A DNA stretch of 64,000 nucleotides, taken from the NCBI RefSeq assembly GCF_009914755.1, contig NC_060940.1, one strand, 5' to 3'. Under the pieces are notes generated by a model. The model was given only the letters and a program-made list of their open reading frames with translations. It searched no databases and was not told the origin of the DNA. Positions 1 through 24,506 of this stretch are shown in pieces. The position numbers were made by a program, and so were the translations under genes. This DNA comes from the human T2T-CHM13v2.0 reference genome, Homo sapiens. Position 1 is the first letter of the stretch, and each line of letters starts with the position of its first letter.

Positions 1-523
1 TGTGGTTTTCTTTCTGGAAGTGACGCAGTGCACTGAGAAGAATCCGTCCCACGCCACAGCCCTTACAGTCATCGTTATTGACATCACAGTCAAGTACAGC
101 AGCCACTTGGGCTCCCGGGGCATGCGCTGGAGTTGGTACTTTATAAAGACAAGCTGTAGGCAACAGTCTGATTAACTCGATGCCACAGCACATCACAGAT
201 TACCAACGTCCAGTTCCCATTCCCTTGGAGCTCAGACAAAGCTCAAACCCAAGGGCATGGACAAACCAGTCCCCAAATGCTATCCTTGTGGATCTATCTC
301 CAGGCACCCCTCTTGTAATAATGCTACATCGATCGGGATCCACTCACAAGGCGGAAACCACAGAGTCATTTAAACAGGGAAGTTTTAACAGAACAATGAA
401 CTATTTACAGGGGATTGTGACTAAGTGTGAATCAAAGAGAACTCTAAAAAACACCCATGGGGCCGGGCGTGGTGGCTCACGCCTGTAATCCCAGCACTTT
501 GGGAGGCTGAGGCAGGCAGATCA

Positions 524-883
<360 letters not shown>

Positions 884-1292
884 TCACTGGAGAGAGGTGG
901 CTGCAGCCCATTGGACGGTGAGGTTGGCTGGGTTGCCCCAGGTCACGGCTGGTCCACAACCAGCTGGCCGAGGCTGGTGGCCAGGGGACCACAAGCAGAA
1001 ACCCCTCCTGCTGGGGTGCTGGGGTGCCAAGGTTGTCAGGCTGGGAACCACACACTGGGGCTGGCAGGCAGGAAGTTGAATGCCACTGTGTGTCCGGTGC
1101 AGGGCTGCCTGCCACGGGGGTGGGACAGAGGAGGAACCAGGACAAGCCCCTTCCTCCTGTGGTGTCCCTCCGGCGCCCTCTACTGGCAAAGAAGAAATGT
1201 TTGCCAGTTCCACATCTGGTAGCAAGCGGTGCAATAAATGGATTTGGAACTGGGAGGCAACAGATAGAAAACTGGCACCAGTATGTGCTCAT

Positions 1293-1333
<41 letters not shown>

Positions 1334-1584
1334 AAAGGCGAGTTTTGTTTCTCTTTCCTTCTTGCTTGCTTGCTTTCTCTTTCTTTCTTTCTATTATTAT
1401 TTTGAGAGAGGTTCTTGCTCTGTCGCCTAGGCTGGAGTGCAGTGACAATCTGGGCTCATTGAAGCCTCGAACTCCCAGGCTCAAGTAACCCTCCCACCTC
1501 AGCCTCCCAAGTAGCTGGGACTACAGGTGTGTACCACCATGCCCGGCTAATGTTTATTTATTTATTTATTTTTTGTAAAGATGA

Positions 1585-2280
<696 letters not shown>

Positions 2281-2714
2281 TCTTTTTTTTTTTTTTTTTT
2301 TTTTTGAGATACAGTCTCGCTCTGTCACCCAGGCTGGAGTGCAGTGGCACCATCTCGGCTCATTGCCAAGATCTCGGCTCATTGCAACCTCCATCTCCTA
2401 GAAGGGTCAGGTGATTCTCCTGCCTCAGCCTCCCAAATAGCTGAGATTACAGGTGCGTGCCACCACACTTGGCTAATTTCTGTATTTTTAGTAGAGACAG
2501 GGTTTCACCATTTTGGCCAGGCTGGTCTCCAACTCCTGACCTCAAGTAATCTTCCCACCTTGGCCTCCCAAAGTGCTGGGATTACAGGCGTGAGCCACTG
2601 CGCCTGGCCAAAATTCTACTTTTTAAGTGAAAATTAGAATTTAAAAAAATGAAAAAAAATATCTGTTTTCATTAGCCTGGCGGCTGCCTACCACTTACAG
2701 ATTTTATCCTCTCC

Positions 2715-2715
<1 letters not shown>

Positions 2716-2762
<47 letters not shown>
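2716..2762 (+). repeat. (TTA)n microsatellite in an Alu tail
   Basis: Direct reading. Confidence 0.95.
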
Positions 2763-2763
2763 G

Positions 2764-2868
<105 letters not shown>

Positions 2869-2975
2869 TGAGTACCTTGGACTACAGGCACCTGCCACCA
2901 TGCCTGGCTAATTTTTTGTATTTTTAGTAGGGATGGGGTTTCACCGTGTTAGCCAGGATGGTCTCGATCTCCTGA

Positions 2976-3341
<366 letters not shown>

Positions 3342-3384
3342 TAATGTGTTTTATTTTATTTTATTTATTTATTTTGTTTTTTGA

Positions 3385-3546
<162 letters not shown>

Positions 3547-3715
3547 TAGTAGAGACGGGGTTTCTCCATGTTAGGCTAGTCTCAAACTCCCGACCTCAGG
3601 TGATTCACCCGCCTCGGCCTCCCAAAGTGCTGGGATTACAGGCGTGAGCTACTGCTCCCAGCCAGATGGACTATCAATTATTAATAGACACTTCCTGGCC
3701 AGGCACCGTGGCTCA

Positions 3716-4042
<327 letters not shown>

Positions 4043-4617
4043 TCATATGCAGGCAATTCTAGGAGAGGTTGGGGTTACAAGGAAGTTGAGGGCAATGGTG
4101 AGAATAACCTAAAAGCTTGGGAGTGGTTATTCCCAAGAACTCTCATCTTGTGGACCAAGGAGGGTTGGAGAAATAGAGCCTTTGATTCTATTTTAAAAGG
4201 CTCAGGGAGGCCAAGCAAAGTAGCTCATGCCTGTAATCCCAGCACTTTGGGAGGCAGAGGTGGGAGAATCACCTGAGGTCAGGAGTTCGAGACCAGCCTG
4301 GCCAATATGGCAAAACATCATCTCTACTAAAAATACAAAAATTAGAGCCAGGAGCGGTGGCTCATGCTTGTAATCCCAGCACTTTGGGAGGCCAAGGCGG
4401 GCGGATCACCTGAGGTTGGGAGTTAGAGACCAGCCTGACCAACATGGAGAAACCCCATCTCTACTAAAAATACAAAATTAGCCGGGCATGGTGGCTCATG
4501 CCTGTAATCCCAGCTACTCGGGGGGCTGAGGCAGGAGAATCGCTTGAACCTGGGAGGCGGAGGTTGTGGTGAGCCGAGATTGCGCCAATGGGGCAACAAG
4601 AGCAAAACTCCATCTCA

Positions 4618-4872
<255 letters not shown>

Positions 4873-4943
4873 TCACCTGTGACCCAGAAGAGGGTCGTAC
4901 TGTGCTGCTCTGCGTTTCGCAGGGCATGCCACATTTTTTTTAA

Positions 4944-5318
<375 letters not shown>

Positions 5319-5554
5319 TAGCTCGATCACAGGTCACTGCAGTCTCACCCCCGCAGGCTCAAGCAATCCTCCCACCTCAGCCTCCTGAGTAGCTGGTGCT
5401 ATAGCAAGTTCCACCACACCCTGCTAATTTTTTGTAAAGGTGGGGTCTCTCTATGTTGCCAAGGCTGGTCTCAAACTCCTTGGCTCAAGCCATCCTCCCA
5501 CCTCGGCCTCCCAAAGTGCTCGGATTACAGACCTGAGCCACCGAGCCTGGTCTC

Positions 5555-6215
<661 letters not shown>

Positions 6216-6607
6216 GGGCGTGCTGCATTCTTTCACTGCTTGCTGAGCATCAGCAGGGAAGCATTGCCTTGGGAACGGAACTTGATGGGAGGCCTCCTTG
6301 GGACCTCTCTCCTTCTCCGCCTCCTCCTCACTCTCCTCCTTCCTCCTCCTCCATAAATTGGACCAAAACATATCCTGCTGGGGACCAAAACATATCTGCA
6401 CTGGCTCACGCATGTAACCCCAGCACTTTGGGAGGCTGAGGCGGGTGGATCACTTGAGGTCAGGAGTTTGACACCAGCCTGGGCAACACGGTGAAACTCC
6501 ATCTCTACTGAAAATACAAAATTGCTTGAATCTGGGAGGTGGAGGTTGCAGTGAGCCAAGATTGCGCCACTGCACTCCAGCCTGGGTTAACAAGTGAGAC
6601 TCTGTTT

Positions 6608-7025
<418 letters not shown>

Positions 7026-7161
7026 TTAAAAGGATTTTATGGGGCCGGGCATGGTGGCTCATGCCTGTAATCCCAGCACTTTGGGATGCCAAGGTGGGCG
7101 GATCATGAGGTCAAGAGTTTGAGACCAGCCTGGCCAACATGGTGAAACCCCATCTCTATTA

Positions 7162-7341
<180 letters not shown>

Positions 7342-7640
7342 TTATCCATGAACAAGTTGGATTTATTCCTGGAATGCAAAGATGTTTTAACATATGAAAA
7401 TTAATCAATGTCATATACCACATTAATAGAATAAAGGGAAAAATCTTATAATTGTCTCAGTTGATGCAGAAAAAGTATTCGGCAAAATCCAATACTCTTT
7501 CAAGATTTAAAAAAAAACACTCAGCCAGGCACGGTGGCTCACGCCTGTAACCCTAGTACTTTGGGAGGCCGAGGCAGGTGGATCGCTGGAGCTCAGGAGT
7601 TCAAGACCAGCCTTGGCAACATGGCAAAACCATGTCTCTA

Positions 7641-7875
<235 letters not shown>

Positions 7876-8191
7876 TTAACATCATATTCAATGATGAAAG
7901 ACTGAAAATTTTCCCCATAAGATCAGGAACAAAACAAGAACCACCACTTTGGCCACTTCTATTTAACAGAGTATTGGAATTTCTAGCCAGAGAAATTAAG
8001 CAAGAAAAATAAGTAAAAGTTACCTGAATTGGAAAGGAAAAAGTAAAATTATCTGTACTTGCAGATGAAATGATTTCATACGTGGAAAACCCTAAAGCTT
8101 ACATACATACACAACTATTAGAGCCAATAAATGAATTCAACAAAGTTGCAGCATACAAAGTCAACACACAAAAATCAGTTGCATTTCTTTA

Positions 8192-8404
<213 letters not shown>

Positions 8405-8451
8405 TCACGCCTATAATCCCAGCACTTTGGGAGGCCAAGGCGGGCAGATCA

Positions 8452-8847
<396 letters not shown>

Positions 8848-9899
8848 TCAAGAAAAAAAAAAGCCATGAAAAGGAATCAAATAGGAAGAAATGTAACCAA
8901 TGAGGCAAAATATTTGTAACTGAAAACTACAAAAAATTAAAGAGACATAAATAAAAAGATATCCTATGTTTATAGAATGTAAAATTTATTGTTTGTTTGT
9001 TTTTTGAGACAGAGTCTTGCTCTGTCACCCAGGCTGGAGTGCTGTGATGCGATCTTGGCTCACTGCAACCTCTGCCTCCTGGGTTCAAGTGATTCTTCTG
9101 CCTCAGCCTCCTGAGTGGCGGGAACTACAGGCACGTGCCACCACGCCCAGCTAATTTTTTTTTTTGCATTTTTAGTAGAGACAGGATTTTACCATGTTGG
9201 CAGGGCTGGTCTCGAACTCCTGACCTCAAGTGATCTGCCCGCCTCAGCCTCCCAAAGTGCTGAGATTACAGGCATGAGCCACTGCGCCCGGCCTGAATGT
9301 AAGATTTAATATTGTTAAGATGACGGTACTACCCAGAGCAATCTACAGATTCAATGCAATTTGTATCAAAATCCAAATGGTATTTTTAATATTTTACAGA
9401 TATACAAAAACTCATCCTAAAATTTATGTGGAATCACAAGGCATCCTAAATAACACAAAAAAAGACGGAAAAAAAGGTCTGCAGAAAAAGAAGAAACCAG
9501 GTCTCTCATTTCCTGATTTCAAAACTTAAATACTAACCTACCACAATGAAAAGAGTGTGGTACTGGCATAAAGACAAACATATAAGGCCGCCTGTAATCT
9601 CAACAATTTGGGAGACTGAGGTGAGTGGATTGCTTGAGCCCAGGAGTTCAAAATCAACCTGGGCAACATGGCAAAACCCAGTCTTTACAAAAAATACAAT
9701 TAGCTAGGCGTGGTAGCCTGCGCCTATAGTCCCAGCTACTGAGGAGGAGGCTGAGGTGGGAGGATCACTCAAGCCTAGGAGGCAGAGGTTGCAGTGAACT
9801 GAGATCATGCCAGTGCACTCCAGCCTGGGCAACAGAGTGAGACTCCGTCTCAAAAATAAAGAAAGAGAGAAAAAAATAGACACATATATTAGACCAGTG

Positions 9900-11323
9900 T
9901 GAGAGGTGACAGCGTGCTGGTAGTCCTCACAGCCCTCGTTCGCTCTTGGCGCCTCCTCTGCCTGGGCTCCCACTTTGGCGGCATTTGAGGAGCCCTTCAG
10001 CCCACCACTGCTCTGTGGGAGCCCCTTTCTGGGCTGGCCAAGGCCGGAGCCAGCTGCCTTAGCTTGCGGGGAGGTGTGGATGGAGAGGCACGAGTGGGAA
10101 GCGGGGCTGCGCGCGGCGCTTGCGGGCCAGCTGGAGGTCCGAGTGGGCGTGGGCTTGGCGGGCCCTGCACTAGGAGCCACCAGCCGGCCCTGCCAGCCCC
10201 GGGCAATGAGGGGCTTAGTACCCGGGCCAGCAGCTGCGGACGGTGTACTGGGTCCCCCAGCAATGCCAGCCCACGGGCGCTGCTCTCGATTTCTCACGGG
10301 GTCTTAGCTGCCCTCCCGCCGGGCAGGGCTCCGGACCTGCAGCCCGCCATGCCTGAGCCTCCCACCCCCTCCATGGGCTCCTGTGAGGCCGGAGTCTCCC
10401 CAGGAGCACTGTCCCCCGCTCCTCGGCGCCCAGTCCCATCGACCACCCAAGGGCTGAGGAGTGCAGGTAGACAGCGCGGGACTGGCAGGTAGCTCCACCT
10501 GCAGCCCCGGTGCGGGATCCACTGGGTGAAGCCAGCTGGGCTCCTGAGTCTGGTGGGGACGTGGAGAACCTTTATGTCTAGCTCAGGGATTGTAAATACA
10601 CCAATGGGCACTCTGTATCTAGCTCAAGGTTTGTAAACACACCAATCAGCACCCTGTGTCTAGCTCAGGGTTTGTGAATGCACCAGTCGACACTCTGTAT
10701 CTAGCTATCTGGTGGGGCCTTGGAGAACCTTTGTGCTGACACTCTGTGTCTAGCTAATCTGGTGGGGAGGTGGAGAACCTTTGTGTCTAGCTCAGGGATT
10801 GTAAACGCACCAATCAGCACCCTGTCAAAACAGACCACTCAGCCCTACCAATCAGCAGGATGTGGGTGGGGCCAGATAAGAGAATAAAAGCAGGCTGCCC
10901 ACGCCCACAGTGGCAACTGGCTCGGGTCTTGTTACACGCTGTGGAAGCTTTGTTCTTTCGATCTTTGCGATAAATGTTGCTACTGCTCACTCTTTGGCTC
11001 CACGCTGCTTTTATGAGCTGTAACACCGCGAAGGTATGCAACTTCACTTCTGAAGCCAGCGAGACCATGAGCCCACCGGGAGGAATGAACAACTCCAGAC
11101 GCGCCACCTTAAGAGCTGTAACACTCACCGCGAAGGTCTGCAGCTTCACTCCTGAACCAGGGAGACCACGAACCCACCAGAAAGAAGAAACTCCAAACAC
11201 ATCCGAACGTCAGAAGGAACAAATTCCAGACGCGCCACCTTAAGAGCTGTAACACTCACCGCGAGGGTACGCGGCTTCATTCTTGAAGTCAGTGAGACCA
11301 AGAACCCACCAATTCCGGACACA
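9900..11323 (+). mobile_element. Solo ERV9 LTR (LTR12C-type), full length
   Basis: Starts TGAGAGGTGACAGCGTGCTGG, ends AATTCCGGACACA; 4-bp TSD AGTG at 9896-9899 and 11324-11327; CpG-rich U3 with CCAAT repeats. Confidence 0.95.
10600..10915 (+). promoter_or_regulatory. LTR12 enhancer/promoter: CCAAT (NF-Y) repeats, GATAAG, AATAAA TATA-like box at 10883-10888
   Basis: Motifs visible; architecture matches the known ERV9 LTR promoter; activity not shown. Confidence 0.65.
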
Positions 11324-11550
11324 AGTGGAATAGATTAGAGAGCCCAGAAATAAACCTTCTACATGGAAGATTAATTTTTGACAAGGGTTCCAAGACCACT
11401 TAATGGGGGAAAGAACAACCTTTTCGATAATAGCAGTGGGACAACTGGATATCCATACACAAAAGAATAGTCCGGGTGTGGTGGTTCACACCTGTAATCC
11501 CAGCACATTGGGAGGCCAAGGCAGGCAGATCACCTGAGGTCAGGAGTTCA

Positions 11551-12136
<586 letters not shown>

Positions 12137-12274
12137 TAATTTTTTGTATCTTTAGTAGACATGAGGTTTCACCATGTTGGTCAGGCTGGTCTCAAACTCC
12201 TGATCTCAGATGATCTACTTGACTCAGCCCCTCAAAGTGCTGGGATTACAGACGTGAGCCACCATGCCTGGCCT

Positions 12275-12580
12275 AGATTTTATATTTCTTCTTAAGTTTG
12301 GTGTTTAAATTCCCCTAGGAATTTGTTCCTTTCATCTAATTTGTTGGCATACAACTGTTCATAGTATTCCCTGATAATTCTTTTACTTATCTAATGTTGG
12401 TAGTGATGTCTCCTCTTTTGCTCCTGTTTTGCAGTTTGAGTCTCCTCTGCTTTTTTCTTGGTCAGTCCATCTAAAGGTTCATCAATTTTATGGATTTTTC
12501 AAAGAACCAAATTATTTTGGTTTTACTTACTTCCTCTATTTTTTATTCTCTGCTGCATTTATTTCTGCTCATCTTTATTA
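12275..12580 (-). mobile_element. L1M ORF2 fragment, antisense
   Basis: T-rich sequence resembling L1 antisense (AATTTGTTGGCATACAACTGTTCATAGTATTCC). Confidence 0.6.
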
Positions 12581-13064
12581 TCTTTTTTTTTTTTTTTTTT
12601 TTTTTTTGAGACGAAGTCTCTTGTCGCCCAGGCTGGAGTGCAATGGTGAGATCTCAGCTCACTGAAAACTACGCCTCCTGGGTTCGAGCGATTCTTGTGC
12701 CTCAGCCTCCTGAGTAGCTGGGACCACAGGCATGTGCCACCATGCCTGGCTAATTTTTTTATTTAGCAGAGACAGGCTTTCACCATGTTGGCCAGGATGG
12801 TGTCAAACTCCTGGCCTCAAGCTGTCTGCCCGCTTCAGCCTCCCTAAACTGGGATTACAGGTGTGAGTAATCCTCTGCCTCTGGGAGGCAGAAGTTGCAG
12901 TGAGCCAAGATCACACCACTGTACTACAGCCTGTGCAACAGAGCGAGACTCCACCTCAAAAAAAAAAAAAAATTAGCCGGACATGGTGGCACATATCTGT
13001 AGTTCCAGCTGCTTGGGGGACTGAGGCAGGGGGCTTGCTTGAGCCTAGGAGGTCAAGGCTGCTA

Positions 13065-13528
<464 letters not shown>

Positions 13529-13877
13529 TTATGGACTGTGAAGGCTGAGGAGGGCTGTGAGGAAAGAGTGGGTAGGTTAAAGGAGCAGAAGCAACTGTCA
13601 TGCCCTTTGGCTCTTCTATAGGAAAAGAGGAAAGAGTGAGCCTTGGGCTGTGTTTTGTGAGGGAATAGTGCCCTCCCTTTGTGGGTAAGCAAAGTTGGCT
13701 CGGAAGATGAAGACAGATGAGTCAAGAACGTCAGGGTGTCAGGGGGAGCACAAAAAGAAGGCGAAATATGCCCTTCTACACTCAAACTTGAAGGTATTCA
13801 GGGCCTGGTGGCTGGATGTGAGGCCATGCTGAGTCCTGAAGAGGGGACCAAAGTCTTGCTTTGTGAAAACTGTCTAG

Positions 13878-14403
<526 letters not shown>

Positions 14404-14997
14404 TAGTAGAGATGGGGTTTCACTGTGTTAGCCAGGAGGTTCTCGATCTCCTGACCTCATGATCTGCCCGCCTCGGCCTCCCAAAGTGCTGGGATTACAG
14501 GCGTGAGCCACTGCGCCCGGCTGCCTTTTTAAATTTAAAAAACTTTTTTTTTTTTTTGAGACAGTCTCTCTCTGTCCCCCAGGCTGGAGTGCAGTGGCGG
14601 GAATCTCAGCTCACTGCAACCTCTACCTCCCAGGTTCAAGCAATTCTTCTGCCTCAGCCTCCCAAGTAGCTGGGATTACAGGCACACGGCACCACACCTG
14701 GCTAATTTTTGTATTTTTAGTAGAGATAGGTTTTCACCATGTTGGCCAGACTGCTCTCGAACTCCTAACCTCAGGTGATCCTCCTGCCTCGGCCTCCCAA
14801 AGTGTGAGTACAGGCGTTAGTCACCACTGCACCTGGCCTCCATTCTCATCTTTTCTGATTGGAGAACTCGGTTCTCCAGAGCACAGAAGTAGCACTTCTT
14901 TCCCCTGGTCCCTGGAGAGTAAGGTCTTGTTCACATCTGTGCATGGGGCTCAGATCAGGGCCTGGTGCAGAGAAAGTGCACAATAAATGGGTGTTTA

Positions 14998-15114
<117 letters not shown>

Positions 15115-15287
15115 CTACCAAAAAATAGAAAAATTAGCCAGGTGTGATGGCACGTTCCAGCTACCCGGGAGGCTGAGGTGAGAGGATTGCTTGAGCTGGG
15201 AGGCTTCAGTGAGCTGTGCTTGTACCACTGCACACCAGCCTGGGAGACACAGTGAGACCCTGTCTCAAAAAATATAATAAAAGTCTA

Positions 15288-16073
<786 letters not shown>

Positions 16074-16307
16074 TCAGGAGGAGGAGGCGGCAGAATCACT
16101 TGAACCCAGGAGACGGAGGTTGCAGTGAGCTGAGATCATGCCACTACACTCCAGCCTGGGTGACAAGAGCAAGACTCCGTCTCAAAAAAATAAAATAAAA
16201 TAAATAAATAAAATAAAATAACAAATGGGTGTTTAAATGAATGATGTTCATGGAATCTCTCCCCAGTGCTTTGCTTTCCACAAAGTTCTGCATGGAAGTC
16301 TCAATAA

Positions 16308-16602
<295 letters not shown>

Positions 16603-16718
16603 TAGCCAGGATGGTCTCGATCTCCTGACCTTGTGATCCGCCCACCTCGGCCTCCCAAAGTGCTAGGATTACAGGCTTGAGCCACCGCGCCCGGCCTGCT
16701 TGTCTTATATAGTATTGA

Positions 16719-17115
<397 letters not shown>

Positions 17116-17382
17116 TAGTAGAGATGGGGTTTCACCATGTTAGCCAGGATGGTCTCGATCTCCTGACCTTGTGATCCACCCACCTCGGCCTCCCAAAGTG
17201 CTGGGATTACAGGCTTGAGCCACCGCACCCGGCCCGTAGAGACAGGGTTTCACCATGTTGACCAGTATGGTCTCGATCTCCTGACCTCAGGTGATCCACC
17301 TGCCTCGGCCTCCCAAAGTGCTGGGATTACAGGAGTGAGCCACCGGGCCTGGCCAAGATGTCTTTCAAATAATTAAAGCCAC

Positions 17383-17486
17383 ATCTTTTTGTAGTTCATA
17401 AACGTGATGACTGTGTTTTCATGCTCATGCGTGAGTTGCACCTCCCTCAAACCTTGTTTTGACATTGACACATTATCTGCCTGATG
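17383..17486 (+). pseudogene. U13 (SNORD13) C/D-box snoRNA retrocopy
   Basis: ATCTTTTTGTAGTTCATAAACGTGATGA...TGCCTGA resembles recalled U13; box C-like GTGATGA and box D CTGA; flanks AAATAATTAAAGCCA / AAATAATGAAATCCA look like a decayed TSD. Confidence 0.85.
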
Positions 17487-17794
17487 TAAAAATAATGAAA
17501 TCCAATATACTAAGATCAGGAGATTTCACAATAAAATCCCAATTTCTGTTTCTTTTAAAAAATCAGGCCAGCCATGATGGCTTATGCCTGGAATTCCAGC
17601 ACTTTGGGAGGCCCAGGCAGAAGGATCACTTGATCCTGGAAGTTCAAGATCAGCATGGTTAACACAGGGAGACCTGGTCTCAATTTAAAAATTAGCTGGG
17701 CATGGCACTTTGGGAGACTGAGGCAGGTGGATCACCCGAGATCAGAAGTTTGAGACCAGCTTGGCCAATATGGTGAAACCTCATCTCTGTATTA

Positions 17795-18001
<207 letters not shown>

Positions 18002-18204
18002 TTATCTGGAGGCTGAGATGGAGGCTGAGAACCCACGAGTTCGTTCAAGGCTGCAGTGAGCTATCATTGCACTCCAGCCAGGATGACAGAGCAAGACCCT
18101 GTCTCAAAATAAAATAAATACTTTGGGAGGCCAAAGTGGGCAGATCACCTGAGGTCAGGAGTTCGAGACCAGCCAGGTCAACATGGCGAAACCCATCTCT
18201 ACTA

Positions 18205-18366
<162 letters not shown>

Positions 18367-19211
18367 TCAAATAAATAAATAAATAGAAATAAATAAATAA
18401 AATGGTTACTTTATGTTATTTCACCTCAATAATTTTAAGTAAAATAAAATTAGATAACTGATAGCCAGGCATGGTGGTGGATGCCTGTAATCCCAGCTAC
18501 TCAGGAGGCTGAGGCAGGAGAATCGCTTGAATCCGAGGCAGAGGCTGCAGTGAGCCAAGATCACGCCACTGCACTCCAGCCTGGGTGACAGAGCAAGACT
18601 CCGTCTCAAAAAAAAAAATTTAGATAACTGATTAGAAGGTACTGAAGTTTGCCATCCTTTGGAAACGATCCTCTTCATTAGAAAGATGAGGATCCTGAGG
18701 CCCTACAAGGGAAGTGTCAGGTCAGTGGAAGAGACTGAAAGGGAAGTTTGGTTCCCACCCCGGCAGCACAGTCGCTGCCTCCTCTCCCCTTTACTTAGGC
18801 TATGAACTCTGGTGTGATACAGACCACAACCCGTTCACCATAGGTTACACCCCACATCTTCTGGCTCGGACCCTGGCACTTGAACTGTCAGCCTCCAAGT
18901 AGCTGGGACAATAGGCCAGCTCAACAAATGCCCCCTGCTCATTAAAATTTTTTTTTTGTAGAGTTGGGGTCTTGTTATGTTGCCCAGGGTGGTCTCAAAT
19001 TCCTGATCTCAAGCAATTCTCGCCTTGGCCTCCCAAAGTGCTGAGATTACAGGCATGAGCCACTGTACACAGTCTTGATGTATTACCTTTTATTTTTTAA
19101 AAAATTTTTATAAAGACGGGTGTCACCATGTTGTCCATGCTGGTCTCAAACTCCTGGGCTCAGGCAATCCTCCCGACTTGGCCTCCCAAAGTGCTGGGAT
19201 TACTGGTGTGA

Positions 19212-19461
<250 letters not shown>

Positions 19462-19492
19462 TGATCCACCTGCCTACGTCTGGCTTTTTTAA

Positions 19493-19789
<297 letters not shown>

Positions 19790-20019
19790 TGAGCCACCAT
19801 GCCCAGCCTAAAGTACTTTTCATTAGAGACAGTACTTTATTCAAACTGCTTCTCTTCTCGTGCTTTTGTGTCTTGAGACAGTCTGTCTGTCACCCAGGTT
19901 GGAATGCAGTGGTGTGATGACAGCTCACTGAAGCCTCGACCTTCCAGGCTCAGGTGATCCTCCCACCTCAGTCTTCTGAGTTGCTGGGACTATAGGTGTG
20001 TGCCACCATGCCTGGTGGA

Positions 20020-20342
20020 TGTATGACTGTTTATGTAGGAACGTCTGTTAATTGTAAATTTCCTCCAAAACCACCCTGTTGTTGCAGAAATGACAGGCTG
20101 TGAGCACTGTAGCCACCTATACATTCCTTCCAGAGCACTATGCTTTTGCTCCAAGACATAAGCGGTAGGTCTTGGGGCTGTGGTGTGGAGATCTGTCATG
20201 GCGCAGCCCAAGACCATGCTTTTGTGTGTAAGTTCCTTAATAAATCACCCAAAACTGACAAACTGGATTTGTCTGCTTCCTTTTTTTTTTTGGCTCCTTT
20301 GGCATGAGGGTCACTTGGCATATACGGCCCTTTCACGGAATG
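20020..20342 (+). mobile_element. ERV1-class LTR fragment
   Basis: LTR-like R/U5 with TAATAAATCACCC; family uncertain. Confidence 0.45.
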
Positions 20343-20528
20343 CACAGCAACTCCAACAAAGAGAGATGATCTTTCACAGATGAAGCCGCTGAGGCTTAGA
20401 GAAGCGAGATTGTCCCAAGGGTGGCAGCTTCTAAGGGAAGGGCTGGAATGTGAACCCAGGCATCTTGACTTGAGCCTTGTCCTTTTGGCCCCTATGCCCT
20501 CCCACCTTCCAACCCAGGGGATTAGCTA

Positions 20529-20831
<303 letters not shown>

Positions 20832-21687
20832 TTATAAAATAAATAAAATTTCAGAAAGCAGCTCACTTTATGTAAAGGGACAGGAAACAGCAACAGATGA
20901 CATAGATATAGGATGATTCCAGTCTAGTAATAAATATACACACACCAGAAAGAGAGGCATTAAAATGTTAACGGTAGTTAACAGCCTGGGCGACAGAGCG
21001 GAGACCCTGTCTCAAAAAAAAAAAAAAAAAAGTTAAGAAAAGGAGTGACAATCCACGTGTGGCCCACAAAGCTTAAAATATATACTATCTAGCCCTGGGC
21101 AGAAAAGGGTTTGACAATGCTGTTCAAAGGTCACCATTGGTAGATTGGAAACTGAAAAAGGTATATACCCTGGCATTGGACAACACAATGGCTGTGCCTC
21201 CTGCCTAAGAATGCTGAACTGGCCAAGTGAGGTACTTGGCAGCCCAGCCCTGAAATGCATAAGCTCTCCAGCCTTTTCATCACTGCTCCTCCCTGGTTCT
21301 TAACCTCTGGCCACTCGATCCTCTGGCTTCCCTTCCACCAAGCACTCGCACGTTGAGTCCAGTCCCTAGGCCTCTCCTCTAGGCTGCCCCCTCTGGAAAT
21401 GTAAGCAGCACCAGGTATAAGAGCCAGGCACAGGCTGCCTTGACGTGCACCTAGCCCCCTTACTTCCCCATTGTGTGGAAGGTAAATCACTTCTCTTTGA
21501 GTCTGTTTTCCCATCTACAAGTTGGGAATGACAATAGGGTTATTCTGAGATTAAGTGAGATAAGGCAGCTAAAGCACGCAGTATGGAAGTGGTCAACATG
21601 CTGGCTCTGATGTCAGCCACGACCAGACTTCGGGTAACTATTTATAAGTCATTCCCTTCAAAACCTTTCTCTCTGTTCTTTCTCTTC

Positions 21688-22120
21688 TGTGACAGACTAA
21701 TACTTGTGCCCCTTCCCTTCATTTAGAAACAAAATGACCCAAGTTTAAATGAACATGTAACTATCCAGCTAGAGGCATTTTAGTCTCGCATATAGGGTGG
21801 TAAGAAGGTGAGACTAAGTTCTGGCCAATGGGATCAGTGTAATTTCCAGGCCCTGTATTTCCGCTTCCTTTTACATGGGCTTGAATGAGGACTTGGGGCT
21901 GGTGAGCCGCTTTAACCACACAGATGACAACCTTGGGGATGCAAGAGCAACATGACAGCGCAGCCCTGGGTCCCTAGATGATTTTGCATAACGGTTGTTG
22001 TCTAACCCTAACCCTGGACCAATCACCTCTGAACTGTCACATGAGAAATAAGCTATTTTGCTGAGTCACTGTTTGGGGCTCCTTGTGACAGAAGCTGAGT
22101 CTAGAATCTAGTTAGTGCAC
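21688..22120 (+). mobile_element. MLT1-like MaLR LTR fossil
   Basis: Motifs GACTAAGTTCTGGCCAATG and GAGAAATAAGC...GAGTCACTGTTTGGGG. Confidence 0.45.
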
Positions 22121-22669
22121 GTCAGAAGGCTTCTCTTCAACTTCAGTATCAGTCCGCCCTCCATATGTGCTGTTCTTGTACTTCTGAACACAAAGAATAT
22201 TCCAGCTATTTCTTGAAAACAGTCATATTTGTTTATCCTCCAGTCAGGAGAATGTGTCATTCTTGACTCCTTCAACTCCCGAATCCACTGGTCACAGTAG
22301 CTTCAGTTTTTTACATCTGCACCTCTTCAATCCTCCCCCCACCTCTGACCCCAGGCACCCTGACTTCAGATGGTTTTTTTTTTTTTTTTTGGGCTTCATG
22401 CTCTTTGCTTCCAATTTCATAGTCTTACACAATGATGCTTCATTCTCTTAAAATGGAATCCATTCATGTTATTTTGTTACCTTTTTTTAGAGACAGGGTC
22501 TTGCTCTATTCCCCAGGCTGGAGTGCAGTGGTATAATCACAGCTCACTGTACCCTTTACTTAAATAGACCTTAAGTTCCTGGGCTCAAGTGATCCTCCTG
22601 CCTCAGTCTCCCCAGCAGCTTGGACTACTGGCACACACAACCATGTCCGGCTAAATTTTAATTTTTTGT

Positions 22670-24506
<1,837 letters not shown>

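Noticed and set aside
9704-10611. Overlapping 100-200 aa ORFs on both strands
   Set aside because: They lie in the GC-rich LTR12 U3, where stop codons are rare.
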